Positions 1 through 9,376 are shown, counted from the stretch's first letter. The stretch is 49,465 nucleotides of DNA from Saprospirales bacterium (GCA_947441115.1 CANESS010000001.1:1-49465), one strand, 5' to 3'. Notes: generated by a model not told the origin, from the letters alone. Numbers and translations are program-made.

Positions 1-40
1 GGCTAAACTTGCTTATTTTGCACTTTTAAACTCAACTAAT

Positions 41-1312
41 ATGTCCACTTCTGCTAAGGTAGATTTTCAGTTAAAAAATAAGGTCAAGATTGTAACTGCG
101 GCCTCTTTGTTTGATGGCCACGATGCTGCTATCAATATTATGCGCCGTATTATTCAGTCTAAAGGCGCGGAGGTAGTGCACCTAGGCCACAATAGAAGTG
201 CGGCAGATATAGTCAATACTGCTATTCAGGAAGATGCGAATGCTATAGCTATTACAAGTTATCAGGGAGGTCATATTGAATTCTTTAAATATATTCATGA
301 TCTGTTAAAAGAGCAGGGCTGCGGCCATATTAAGATTTTCGGTGGTGGAGGAGGAACTATCCTTCCTACAGAGATTAAAGAATTGATGGATTATGGTATA
401 GCGCGTATCTACTCGCCTGATGACGGACGGTCTATGGGTCTGGAAGGTATGATTATCGATTTGCTCCAGCAGTGTGATTTTCCTACGGGTACACCTGAGA
501 GCTATAAGGACTACCATGGTAAGGCAGATTTTGCCAAAGCTTTTGAAGTATGCGACAGTAAATTTCTAGCCCGTCTAATTTCTACGGCAGAAAACTTCCC
601 TGAGATCTTGGAAGCGGATTTGCGCAAGCTTTTCCCTGAAAATAGAGCTATGCCCTCACCTGTATTGGGTATAACGGGTACAGGCGGTGCGGGAAAGTCT
701 TCGATGATAGATGAAATTGTTCGTCGATTTCTCTTTGAATTTGACGATAAGCGAATAGCTATTTTATCGGTAGATCCATCGAAGCGAAAGACAGGAGGTG
801 CGCTGCTAGGCGATAGAATACGTATGAATGCGATTAATAATGACCGCGTATTTATGCGCTCATTGGCTACTAGGCAGTCTAATCTGGCTTTGTCTAAATA
901 TGTGAATGAAGCCGTGGAGATTTTAAAACTGGCTCATTTTGATTTGATAATTTTAGAGACATCTGGCATAGGGCAGAGTGACACCGAGATAGTAGACCAT
1001 TCGGATGTATCGATGTATATTATGACTCCAGAGTTTGGAGCCGCCAGTCAGCTAGAAAAGATTGATATGCTTGACTTCGCAGATATCGTAGCCGTCAATA
1101 AATTTGATAAGCGTGGCGCACTTGATGCGATTCGTGATGTCAAAAAGCAATTTCAGCGCAATCATAACCTGTGGGATCAAGATCCTGATACTATGCCCGT
1201 CTATGGCACAATAGCCTCTCAGTTTAATGACCCGGGCACCAACGAACTATTTATCAATCTGATGAAAGTGATATCAGATCGATGGACCGAGAAGTACGCT
1301 GCTAAGAATTGA
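41..1312 (+). CDS. Cobalamin-binding domain fused to a MeaB/ArgK-type G-protein chaperone (first two domains of an IcmF-like fused isobutyryl-CoA mutase; methylmalonyl-CoA mutase family)
   Basis: 423-aa ORF. The N-terminal B12-binding region has [12 protein letters not shown] (DxH cobalt-ligand motif) and an FGGGGG loop. GTPase motifs follow: [12 protein letters not shown] (P-loop), [32 protein letters not shown]. The ORF ends in tandem stops TGA TAA. Confidence 0.85.
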   Translation: MSTSAKVDFQLKNKVKIVTAASLFDGHDAAINIMRRIIQSKGAEVVHLGHNRSAADIVNTAIQEDANAIAITSYQGGHIEFFKYIHDLLKEQGCGHIKIFGGGGGTILPTEIKELMDYGIARIYSPDDGRSMGLEGMIIDLLQQCDFPTGTPESYKDYHGKADFAKAFEVCDSKFLARLISTAENFPEILEADLRKLFPENRAMPSPVLGITGTGGAGKSSMIDEIVRRFLFEFDDKRIAILSVDPSKRKTGGALLGDRIRMNAINNDRVFMRSLATRQSNLALSKYVNEAVEILKLAHFDLIILETSGIGQSDTEIVDHSDVSMYIMTPEFGAASQLEKIDMLDFADIVAVNKFDKRGALDAIRDVKKQFQRNHNLWDQDPDTMPVYGTIASQFNDPGTNELFINLMKVISDRWTEKYAAKN

Positions 1313-1328
1313 TAATATAGAAAGAGCC

Positions 1329-1436
1329 TTAGTATTTCTTCGTTGCTTTTTTCTCTCTTTTTTCTTCTTTCTTTTCCTTCGCAGTTTTAACTGGTTCTTT
1401 TTTTACCTCTTTTTTGGTGTCTTTAGATTTTGCCAT
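1329..1436 (-). CDS. Possible 35-aa lysine-rich micro-protein (hypothetical)
   Basis: ATG-to-TAA ORF below the track size cutoff. Translation is MAKSKDTKKEVKKEPVKTAKEKKEEKREKKATKKY. It is co-oriented with trmD and lies downstream of it. No homology could be assessed. Confidence 0.2.
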   Translation of the reverse strand: MAKSKDTKKEVKKEPVKTAKEKKEEKREKKATKKY

Positions 1437-1723
1437 AATTTATAAATTGGTTAGTGAAGTATTTTTTGAGCTTAAAATTTGAGCTAGGCTTTTAATAATT
1501 ATTTCAAACACAAATTTAAGTCATTTATAATATAATTTACTTCAAAAATATTTCGGCCTTAATATAAATCAGTTCAGCTTTTTTTTGAGCTTCTAGAAAT
1601 TTTTATGAAGTCTTTCGTATTACATTGGTATAGAATAGATCGACATTAAACTATCTTGACTAGAGCAGATAATTGAGTATGTGAAGGACAATTTTATAAA
1701 AGAGCTTTTCGTTTCAAGGTTTA

Positions 1724-2398
1724 CTAATTGAGCAAATCAGGTCTTCGATCCTTGGTGCGCTGATAGGCCTGGTCATAGTTCCATTCCTCTATCTTCTTAT
1801 GATTGCCAGAGAGAAGAACTTCTGGCACACAGCGTCCGTCCCATTCTTCAGGTCTAGAATATACGGGAGGAGCCAATAGGCCATCTTGAAAACTATCTGA
1901 GAGTGCAGAGGTCTCATCGTTGAGTACTCCAGGTATTAGTCTGCCAATGCTATCTATCAGCACTGCGGCTCCGATTTCACCACCAGAAGGCACATAATCA
2001 CCTATTGAAATTTCCATCGTGACATATTTTTCACGTATACGCTCATCTATCCCTTTATAATGACCACAGATCATAAGTAAATTTCCTTTTAAGGATAGCG
2101 TGTTGGCTAGTCGCTGGTTATAGGTGACTCCATCAGGACATAGATAGATGATTTCATCATAGTCTCTTTCCTTTTTGAGCTCTTCTATACATTTGGCCAG
2201 TGGTTCGCACATGAGTACCATTCCTGCTTCGCCACCATACTGGTAGTCGTCTACCTGCAGGTGCTTGCCTATGCCATAGGGTCTAAGTGCAATGGCACGT
2301 ATGGATAAAATCTCTTTCTGCTGGGCACGTTTGAGAATAGAATGGGAGAGAAAACTATCCATCAATTCTGGCAGTACACTGATTACGTCTATATTCAC
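1724..2398 (-). CDS. trmD: tRNA (guanine37-N1)-methyltransferase
   Basis: 224 aa. TrmD-typical N-terminus MNIDVISVLPEL, plus QVDDYQYGGEAGMVL and LICGHYKGIDERI. It follows rimM as in the canonical operon. Confidence 0.95.
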   Translation of the reverse strand: MNIDVISVLPELMDSFLSHSILKRAQQKEILSIRAIALRPYGIGKHLQVDDYQYGGEAGMVLMCEPLAKCIEELKKERDYDEIIYLCPDGVTYNQRLANTLSLKGNLLMICGHYKGIDERIREKYVTMEISIGDYVPSGGEIGAAVLIDSIGRLIPGVLNDETSALSDSFQDGLLAPPVYSRPEEWDGRCVPEVLLSGNHKKIEEWNYDQAYQRTKDRRPDLLN

Positions 2399-2459
2399 GG
2401 GGTAAAATTAGTTATTCAGACTTAGAAATCGGTTTTTAGTTTAGCTCTTAGTTAGGATA

Positions 2460-2972
2460 TTAATTTGAAAATAATTCGATATAGTCCTCCGTCAGCTGAC
2501 AATAGATAGCCATTTTATCATCATCTATAGTCATGACATATTCATCTATCAATGGCACCAGAAGCAGCTTATCATTGCTGAGTTTTATCTCCAAGGTCTC
2601 TTGATGATTATTCTGGTAAATGGTTATGACTTGTCCTATTTTCTCCTCCAGATTATAAACCTCATAGCCTACTAAATCTTCTGCTATTTCTTCATCAAAA
2701 AATTGACTAAGTAGTTTTTCATCCATGAAAATTTCTCGACTATTGAGCGCTTGCGCTTGTTCTTTGCCCGAATAGTTCGTCCATTTGATATGAAGTGTAT
2801 AGTCATCTATCTTTGTTAGTTTTTCTATGATCAGGGGACTATACATAGTACCTTTTTGGATAAATACCGCCTTGATAGATGAGTCAATTATAGCAGCATC
2901 CAGAGCCACTAGTGTGGTGCCATCGAAGCCTTTAGTTTTTAATATGGTTCCTATTTTTATAAATGAATTCAT
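2460..2972 (-). CDS. rimM: 16S rRNA processing protein RimM
   Basis: 170 aa. RimM-like N-terminus (IGTILKTKGFDGT) and a C-terminal PRC-barrel-like part (LLLVPLIDEYV). It sits directly upstream of trmD. Confidence 0.88.
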   Translation of the reverse strand: MNSFIKIGTILKTKGFDGTTLVALDAAIIDSSIKAVFIQKGTMYSPLIIEKLTKIDDYTLHIKWTNYSGKEQAQALNSREIFMDEKLLSQFFDEEIAEDLVGYEVYNLEEKIGQVITIYQNNHQETLEIKLSNDKLLLVPLIDEYVMTIDDDKMAIYCQLTEDYIELFSN

Positions 2973-2973
2973 C

Positions 2974-3801
2974 TTAATAATTTATAGTTCTACGCTGTCT
3001 TACCACTTCATATAGCAATATACTCGCACTATTAGATACGTTCATAGAATCTATTTTTCCTAACATAGGTATTTTGATACATTGGTCTGCATGCGAAGCC
3101 CAAAATTCTGAAATTCCTGTGCTCTCTGTCCCGAAGACAATAGCTGATGGCTGGGTGAAATCCTCTTGATAATAATATTTTTCTGTATGAAGATACGTCG
3201 GATAAATTTGAACACTATGTTTCTGACAAAAGGCCAAAGCTTCTTGATTAGTGCAGGAAACTATCTGCTTAGAAAATACGCAACCTAGGCTATTTCTGAC
3301 TACATTATGATTATAGATATCTGTCTGCATTTCGGTACAGAGGATGACATCTACATTGGCGGCGTCTGCTGTGCGAAATAGAGAGCCAAGATTGCCAGGT
3401 TTTTCTATATTTTCTAAAATGAGCACAAAGGGTTTTGGCCTTAGCACTACATCGGCTAGTTTTAGATATTTAGCCTTAGCTACAGCTATGATAGAGCTTT
3501 TGACATCGCGAATAGCTATCTTTTCCATCACTTCAGTCGAACACTCATAGACTTCTTTAGCTGCTTCTTTTATACTAGTATTTACATCCGTTAGACTTTT
3601 TTCTATCAGCAGTTTTTCTATTTCTATACCTGATGCTATGGCTATTTCTATTTCTTTTTGACCTTCTATTATACATAGTCCAAGCTCCTTGCGTTTAGCA
3701 GCTTTATACTTTAGTTCTACAATCGATTTGACCAATTGGTTTTGTGTACTCTGAATTTCTTTCAAATGAACCCTCGTTTTATCAATGATTTTAAAGCTCA
3801 A
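2974..3801 (-). CDS. TrmH/SpoU-family RNA 2'-O-methyltransferase
   Basis: 275 aa with SpoU motifs LENIEKPGNLGSLFRTADAANVD, IVFGTESTGIS and IPMLGKIDSMNVSNSASILLYE. Apparent TTG start. Its stop is 1 nt from the rimM start, so it is probably co-transcribed with rimM and trmD. Confidence 0.85.
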   Translation of the reverse strand: MSFKIIDKTRVHLKEIQSTQNQLVKSIVELKYKAAKRKELGLCIIEGQKEIEIAIASGIEIEKLLIEKSLTDVNTSIKEAAKEVYECSTEVMEKIAIRDVKSSIIAVAKAKYLKLADVVLRPKPFVLILENIEKPGNLGSLFRTADAANVDVILCTEMQTDIYNHNVVRNSLGCVFSKQIVSCTNQEALAFCQKHSVQIYPTYLHTEKYYYQEDFTQPSAIVFGTESTGISEFWASHADQCIKIPMLGKIDSMNVSNSASILLYEVVRQRRTINY

Positions 3802-3818
3802 ATTTAGTCTAGTTTGTA

Positions 3819-3826
3819 TAAATTTG
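3819..3826 (+). promoter_or_regulatory. Candidate Bacteroidota -7 promoter box (TAAATTTG)
   Basis: Exact match to the TAnnTTTG consensus, 16 nt upstream of the ATG at 3842, in a divergent intergenic region. Confidence 0.3.
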
Positions 3827-3841
3827 TAGAAACAGTATCAA

Positions 3842-5461
3842 ATGAAGTTAAAAAATCTGCTTTTGATATGCCTTATTCTATCATTTACGTTGATTCAGGC
3901 ACAGAATTTAACTCTACCGATAGATTTTCCTATATCTCTGGCAGGAAACTATGCGGAACTCCGAAAAAATCATTTTCATATGGGGTTGGACTTCCGAACG
4001 GAAAATAAAGAAAATATTAGAATTATAGCAGTAGAAGATGGTTATATATCCCGAATGGTGATAGCGCCAAACGGATATGGTAAGGCGATTTACATTCACC
4101 ATCCGCAACAAGGATTTACCTCCTTATATGCCCATCTAAATGCCTTCAGGCCCGATATGGAGTGGTGGATTAATCAGGCTCAATATGCTAGACAGTTAAA
4201 TGCAATCGATACATCCTTTGCCCAAGCTAAGTTTTTTGTAAAAAAAGGTGAGAATATTGCTTTTTCTGGCAATACAGGCAGCTCAGAAGGTCCACACCTT
4301 CATTTTGAAATACGAAATTTGCAAACAGAAAAAACAATTAACCCTCTGCATTTTTATCCGCAGATAAAGGATACCATAGCTCCTAGTTTAAATAAAATCA
4401 TTTTTTACCATGTCGACGGGGAGTCTATTTTTATCGATAAATTATCGGCGAAAGAAATTAGTCAACAGACGGTGGAGTTAAATTCGAGTAGTATAGGTCT
4501 TGCTATATCAACTTTTGATAAAATGAATTATTCCCCCAATGTATTTGGTATATATGCATTGAGAGTTTATGTTGATAATGAACGAATTTATCAGTTCAAG
4601 CTAGATAGTCTGGACTTCAACTGGCAGAGTCATATTCGAGCGGCTAGTGACTATGGTATAAGGGAAAATGATGTATATAAAGCCTTTTATGAATTATGTA
4701 GCTTTAACCTCACAGATAGCGGCAGTGCAAATGGTATCATACACATACTGCCAAAAGAAAAAAAACAAGTTCGCATTGAAGTATACGATTTTCATGGGAA
4801 TACTTCTTCTGTAGAATTTTTTCTAACGTCTACAGGTGAATTTAAATCGGATCAATCGAAAGCAATAGATTGCAGACAAGAACAAATGTTGACGGATCAA
4901 AAAAGTTTTCAGTTGCTCATACCAGCGAATGGATTAGCTGAGAATTATGCGCTTAATTATACATTGGAAAAATTAACTAGTGATGAATTGTTCAAGATAA
5001 ATCTTCTAAATTCTTCTGTGGCAGCTCTCATACCAGCTCAATTGTCCTATTTTGTTCCGCCAGCGACTAAGCATATCCAGAAGCTATATCTAGAGTCAAA
5101 AATAGATAATAAGGTGAAATGCTATACGGGATTTTTACGGCAAAATATCCTTATCTTTCCTAAATTGAAAAACTTCGGCACTTTAACAGTCCGATATGAC
5201 CATGCCGCTCCTGAAGTCATTAGATTGCCTTTACGTCGACAGCTTTATCTTGTATTTACTGTCAAAGATAAAGAGTCAGGAATAGAAGATTATCGACTCT
5301 ATATCAATGGTATGTGGCGAAAACTCTATTTTGATGAAAAAAATAATGAGTTGATTTATAAAATTATTTCTGAAGATAAAGGGAAGAAAGTCAAAGGCTT
5401 ACTAGAAGTTATAGACCGAGTAGGAAATAAAAACAGCAAAAGCTTTGAAATTTTATTGTAG
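3842..5461 (+). CDS. Secreted M23-family metallopeptidase with a long C-terminal extension
   Basis: 539 aa. Signal peptide MKLKNLLLICLILSFTLIQA. M23 zinc motifs HFHMGLDF (HxxxD) and GPHLHFEIR (HxH). About 350 C-terminal residues have no motif I recognise. Confidence 0.85.
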   Translation: MKLKNLLLICLILSFTLIQAQNLTLPIDFPISLAGNYAELRKNHFHMGLDFRTENKENIRIIAVEDGYISRMVIAPNGYGKAIYIHHPQQGFTSLYAHLNAFRPDMEWWINQAQYARQLNAIDTSFAQAKFFVKKGENIAFSGNTGSSEGPHLHFEIRNLQTEKTINPLHFYPQIKDTIAPSLNKIIFYHVDGESIFIDKLSAKEISQQTVELNSSSIGLAISTFDKMNYSPNVFGIYALRVYVDNERIYQFKLDSLDFNWQSHIRAASDYGIRENDVYKAFYELCSFNLTDSGSANGIIHILPKEKKQVRIEVYDFHGNTSSVEFFLTSTGEFKSDQSKAIDCRQEQMLTDQKSFQLLIPANGLAENYALNYTLEKLTSDELFKINLLNSSVAALIPAQLSYFVPPATKHIQKLYLESKIDNKVKCYTGFLRQNILIFPKLKNFGTLTVRYDHAAPEVIRLPLRRQLYLVFTVKDKESGIEDYRLYINGMWRKLYFDEKNNELIYKIISEDKGKKVKGLLEVIDRVGNKNSKSFEILL

Positions 5462-5505
5462 AAAATATGTTATAGAATTTAGTAACCTAAAATAATAGTT
5501 CGCGA

Positions 5506-6405
5506 ATGGATGAGGTGAGAAAGCGTTTTCTGAACTATATTCAATATGAGAAAAGACTCTCTAAGAATACGCTGATAGCTTATGAGCAAGATTTGAATCA
5601 GTTTAGTTTATTTCTTCATTACAATTTTCAGCATCAGGATATGCTTACGGCCAATTCAAGTATGATTAGATCATGGACCATCTCTCTGATAGAAAAAAAA
5701 GATACAGCTACTACGGTCAATCGAAAAATTTCTTGTCTAAAATCATTCTATAAGTTTTTACTTAAAAATGGCTCTATACAGCAGAATCCGACTTCTAAAA
5801 TCATTAGACCGAAAACGCCTAAGCGTCTGCCAAAGGATATATCTGCTGGAAAACTGCAGGACATCAAAGACAAACTAGAACTCAGCCTCACAGAAGATAA
5901 TTTTGATGCTCGCCGAGACTATACAATGTTTATGACATTTTATTTATGTGGTCTACGTCGCAGTGAGCTCATCGATATGCAGTGGCAGCAGATAGATCTG
6001 TCTCTGAAGCAGATATCTGTCATAGGCAAAGGTAAAAAGCAGCGTTTTATTCCTATCAATTTTCAGCTCATAGAGCTATTGTATAGTTATAAGCAGGAGA
6101 TAAGTGATCAGAACATTATAGCGGAGAATGATCATGTTTTTATCTTAAATAATGGAAAACAACTCTATCCTAATTTTGTTTATAGAACCATAAAAAAATA
6201 CTTAATGGAGGTCACGTCTCAAAAGGGAATTGGGCCACATTCTTTAAGACACAGTTTCGCTACTCATCTGCTAAACGAAGGCGCCGAACTCAACGCTATT
6301 AAAGGTCTACTGGGCCACAGTTCATTAGCATCTACACAGGTATATACGCACAGCAGTATCGAAAAACTAAAACATATTCATAAATTATCTCACCCTAAAT
6401 CTTAA
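5506..6405 (+). CDS. Site-specific tyrosine recombinase, XerC/XerD family
   Basis: 299 aa. N-terminal SAM-like core-binding region (YEKRLSKNTLIAYEQDL). Catalytic-domain residues in LRRSEL, HSLRHSFATHLL and GHSSLASTQVYTH (R..HxxR..H..Y). Confidence 0.88.
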   Translation: MDEVRKRFLNYIQYEKRLSKNTLIAYEQDLNQFSLFLHYNFQHQDMLTANSSMIRSWTISLIEKKDTATTVNRKISCLKSFYKFLLKNGSIQQNPTSKIIRPKTPKRLPKDISAGKLQDIKDKLELSLTEDNFDARRDYTMFMTFYLCGLRRSELIDMQWQQIDLSLKQISVIGKGKKQRFIPINFQLIELLYSYKQEISDQNIIAENDHVFILNNGKQLYPNFVYRTIKKYLMEVTSQKGIGPHSLRHSFATHLLNEGAELNAIKGLLGHSSLASTQVYTHSSIEKLKHIHKLSHPKS

Positions 6406-6411
6406 AAACGT

Positions 6412-6768
6412 ATGAACAGAAAAATTCAAGCAGACGGATTCGTTGCAGATCTCAAATTGGTGGAGTTTATAGAAGCCAAAACGGACAAATTAATTACATT
6501 CTACGATAAAATCATCGATATTGATGTCAAACTAAAAACGGATAGTCATCAAAAAATAAAGGATAAAATAGTGCATATTCTATGCCACATTCCCAGCAGT
6601 AATTTATTTGTAGAAGCTAAAGCCAAATCGTTTGAAGAGGCTACAGATGAAGCAGTGGAAGATTTAAAAAGACAGATCAAGCGCAAGAAAGAAATAGCTT
6701 TAGGCAAGGCAACTGGTGGATCAGCTGAAGCACTGCAGGATAGAGATTGGGAAGATTATGACGATTAA
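6412..6768 (+). CDS. hpf: Ribosome hibernation promoting factor / RaiA (YfiA) family
   Basis: 118 aa. Short HPF/RaiA-like pattern (ADLKLVEFIEAKTDKL, FEEATDEAVEDLKRQIKRKKE). I recall its position directly after the XerC/D-type recombinase as a common Bacteroidota arrangement. Confidence 0.75.
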   Translation: MNRKIQADGFVADLKLVEFIEAKTDKLITFYDKIIDIDVKLKTDSHQKIKDKIVHILCHIPSSNLFVEAKAKSFEEATDEAVEDLKRQIKRKKEIALGKATGGSAEALQDRDWEDYDD

Positions 6769-6789
6769 TAAGTCTTCATTCTAAATAGA

Positions 6790-7124
6790 CTGAATCAGAT
6801 AATTTTTAACTTCAGCTTTCGGAGCCGAATAGAAGTTTATTTATTGCACTTCGTGAGATTATTATCTGTAGATAAGGAAATCAGTCCAGAGTGGAAGTTT
6901 AAACTGCCCTTCTTCTATTTTAAGGGAAAGATGTTTTGTTATTTAGGGTATCACAAAAAGTATAAGCAGCCATTTAATGGTATCATTGTTGGGAATAAAA
7001 ATAGATCATTCTGATTGGATAACGGAAGGATGCAAACGAATAAAAATTTATTTATTAGATCCAGAAGGATATTGACGTTATAAAAGTTCGAAAGATTTTT
7101 AAATTCAGCTATTTTAATCACTAA
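6790..7124 (+). pseudogene. Frameshifted remnant of a small DUF1801-like protein gene
   Basis: A protein-like reading runs through three frames. Frame 0: EPNRSLFIALREIIICR, stop at 6873. Frame 1: DKEISPEWKFKLPFFYFKGKMFCYLGYHKKYKQPFNGIIVG, stop at 7012. Frame 2: IDHSDWITEGCKRIKIYLLDPEG, stop at 7073. Frame 0 again: DIDVIKVRKIFKF, stop at 7122. The W-K-x-K-x-P-F-F-Y-x-K-G-K-M-F-C-Y-L pattern resembles the DUF1801/YdhG-like family from memory. No intact ORF remains. Confidence 0.4.
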
Positions 7125-7160
7125 TTCCTCGGTTTCTAAGCAGAGATAAGTGGAATGGAA

Positions 7161-7168
7161 TATTTTTG
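7161..7168 (+). promoter_or_regulatory. Candidate -7 promoter box (TATTTTTG)
   Basis: Exact TAnnTTTG match 28 nt upstream of the ATG at 7196. Confidence 0.35.
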
Positions 7169-7195
7169 TAAAATTAACGGATAGAAAAAACTAAA

Positions 7196-8143
7196 ATGAA
7201 GTCATTAGCTGACATATTAAATATAGATCACCCCATAATTGTAGCCCCTATGTTTCTCATATCTAATGTGGAAATGGTAGTAGCTGCTTGTGAGGCTGGT
7301 GCTTCAGGAGCTTTTCCAGCATTAAATTATCGAAGTCTTGACGAGTTAAGACAGGCAATTCGTGATATTCGCTCTAGAACATCAAAGCCATTTGGGGTCA
7401 ATTTGATTGTTAATAAATCGAATATAAAATATAAGGCACAGCTCGAACTATTGCTCGAAGAAAAAATCGATTATATTATTACATCATTAGGTAGTCCTCA
7501 GGAGACTATTAAATCATGTAAGCCCCTGGGAATAAAAGTATTCTGTGATGTTATAGATGCCGTCTATGCAAAAAAAGTAGAAAAGATGGGAGCAGATGCC
7601 ATCATAGCTGTCAATAATAAAGCAGGAGGGCATTGTGGAAAGATCGATCCATTGAAATTAATAAAAAATATTCAAGCAGAGTGCCAGATACCAATAATAT
7701 CAGCAGGAGGCATCGGGAGAAAATCCCAGATAGATGAGGTGATGAAGCACGGTGCGATCGGAGTCTCTGTTGGTACTATATTCTTAGCCAGCGAAGAATC
7801 AACCATATCCAAAGATTATAAAGATGCTTTAGTTAAATATGGCGAAAAGGATATTGTTTTGACCACTAAAATGTCTGGGTCGCATCTGACGGTGATTAAT
7901 ACACCTTATGTCCAGTCTCTGGGTACAAAAGCTAGCTTTTTGGAAAGACTGATGCATAAAAATAAATGGCTAAAAAAATACATTAAAATGGTTATATCTC
8001 TAAGGGGTATGAGAGCCATAGAAAAATCTACCTTCAAATCAACTTATGAAACGGTCTGGTGCGCTGGGCCTTCTATCGAGTTTATTAAATCCGTGCGACC
8101 ATTGAAAGAAATTATGAAAGATCTTACTAGTGATATTAGTTAG
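7196..8143 (+). CDS. Nitronate monooxygenase (NMO / 2-nitropropane dioxygenase-like, FMN TIM-barrel)
   Basis: 315 aa. NMO-type features: PIIVAPMFLISN near the N-terminus, NNKAGGHCG, and IPIISAGGIG followed by GVSVGT. Confidence 0.8.
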   Translation: MKSLADILNIDHPIIVAPMFLISNVEMVVAACEAGASGAFPALNYRSLDELRQAIRDIRSRTSKPFGVNLIVNKSNIKYKAQLELLLEEKIDYIITSLGSPQETIKSCKPLGIKVFCDVIDAVYAKKVEKMGADAIIAVNNKAGGHCGKIDPLKLIKNIQAECQIPIISAGGIGRKSQIDEVMKHGAIGVSVGTIFLASEESTISKDYKDALVKYGEKDIVLTTKMSGSHLTVINTPYVQSLGTKASFLERLMHKNKWLKKYIKMVISLRGMRAIEKSTFKSTYETVWCAGPSIEFIKSVRPLKEIMKDLTSDIS

Positions 8144-8766
8144 ATATAAGTAATACCAATAGGATAATCTTGACTTATCAGTTCAATGAGCTTTTGTTTT
8201 TTCTCTGGATGCCATACAATATCATATTCACCTCCACCTATTATGACTATTCTATGTTGAGTCAATTGTTTGAAATAGGCGAGATAATTTTCGTTGAGTT
8301 GTTCTAAATAACTGTCTTTTATATTGATCTCGTAGTCTCTACCACGCTGCAGAATATTACTTTTAAGTGTATCTATACTTTGATAAATATAGATAGTCAA
8401 ATCAGGAACAGGTATCTGATGAAACATGATTTGAAAGAGTTTTTTGTAAAGTTCTAGTTCGTCTGCTTTGAGGTTAATCGAAGCAAAAACAAGTGACTTG
8501 TAGAGTACGAAGTCACTTATTATTATATCTTGAAATAAATCTCGTTTTTCTATTTCGTTTTTGACCTGATGATATCGCGAGGCAAGGAAGGAAAGCTCTA
8601 GTGGAAAACTGTACTTATTTTTATCTTCATAAAATTTTATAAGAAAGGGATTTTCCTCATATTCCTCAAGTAATAGTTTCGCTCCAAAGTGTTGTGCTAG
8701 AAAAGCAGCTATCGTGGTCTTTCCTGCGCCTATGACCCCTTCAATAGCTATATAATTATAATTCAA
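8140..8766 (-). CDS. Deoxynucleoside kinase family protein
   Basis: 208 aa. P-loop IAIEGVIGAGKTT, NPFLIKFYED, and a dNK-type LQRGRDYE (RxxRxxE-like) lid motif. Its stop overlaps the convergent NMO stop by 4 nt. Confidence 0.8.
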   Translation of the reverse strand: MNYNYIAIEGVIGAGKTTIAAFLAQHFGAKLLLEEYEENPFLIKFYEDKNKYSFPLELSFLASRYHQVKNEIEKRDLFQDIIISDFVLYKSLVFASINLKADELELYKKLFQIMFHQIPVPDLTIYIYQSIDTLKSNILQRGRDYEINIKDSYLEQLNENYLAYFKQLTQHRIVIIGGGEYDIVWHPEKKQKLIELISQDYPIGITYI

Positions 8767-8842
8767 TTTTCTTTATTAAACTTCAATTGTTGTTCAAAAA
8801 ATGATTGAAAACTTTTCACTTTCGACTTTCGACAGATGAAAA

Positions 8843-9358
8843 CTATTTTCCTTTATACTCATTGACCTCTAGCTGGTCTTCGCATTCTAGCAGCAAGTCG
8901 AGGATTGTAGCCCCCATGATCGGATGATAAAGGTCTGGAGCTATCTCTGAAAGCGGAATTAGGGTAAATCTTCTCTCATGTAGAAATGGATGCGGTATGG
9001 TCAAATCCATTTCACATATCATTTCGTCTTCATACATCAATATATCAATATCTATTTCACGTGGCCCCCATTTATAGGTTTCTTCGCGCTCCATGAGTTT
9101 TTCGATTTCAGCAATTTTTTCAAGAACTTTTTTAGGTTTTAATTTTGATTCTACCTCTAAGGCTTGATTGAGAAATTCATCTTGTTCATTCTCTCCCCAA
9201 GGTTGAGTTTCATATACTTTTGATTTTTTAACTATTTTCCCGATTTTCCCTTCTACTTGTTCTCGGGCCTTCTCGAGCTGTTTTAATCTATTGCCTATAT
9301 TGCTTCCTAATAAAAGGTGTATCACTGCCATTTTTCTTATCTTTACAACAAAATTCAA
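8843..9358 (-). CDS. folK: 2-amino-4-hydroxy-6-hydroxymethyldihydropteridine diphosphokinase
   Basis: HPPK motifs: LLLGSNIGNR, YETQPWG, GPREIDIDIL, PHPFLHERRFTLIPLSEIAP. The real start is probably the internal Met at 9331 (MAVIHLLLGSN) rather than the track start. Confidence 0.88.
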   Translation of the reverse strand: MNFVVKIRKMAVIHLLLGSNIGNRLKQLEKAREQVEGKIGKIVKKSKVYETQPWGENEQDEFLNQALEVESKLKPKKVLEKIAEIEKLMEREETYKWGPREIDIDILMYEDEMICEMDLTIPHPFLHERRFTLIPLSEIAPDLYHPIMGATILDLLLECEDQLEVNEYKGK

Positions 9359-9376
9359 TAAAAAAAACTATTTAGT

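Noticed and set aside
3814-4111. Track ORFs 3814..4008 (+) and 3914..4111 (-), which overlap the start of the M23 peptidase gene.
   Set aside because: The 3842 frame gives a clean signal peptide and M23 motifs. The alternatives are out of frame or antisense and have no features.
5506-6405. The tyrosine recombinase between the two mutase halves, considered as evidence that the intervening 10.6 kb is an integrated mobile element that split icmF.
   Set aside because: The recombinase has the XerC/D-type layout and sits next to hpf, a pairing I recall as common in Bacteroidota chromosomes. The intervening genes are core housekeeping functions (trmD, rimM, folK, sppA). I saw no att-like direct repeats, transposase or phage genes at the boundaries.
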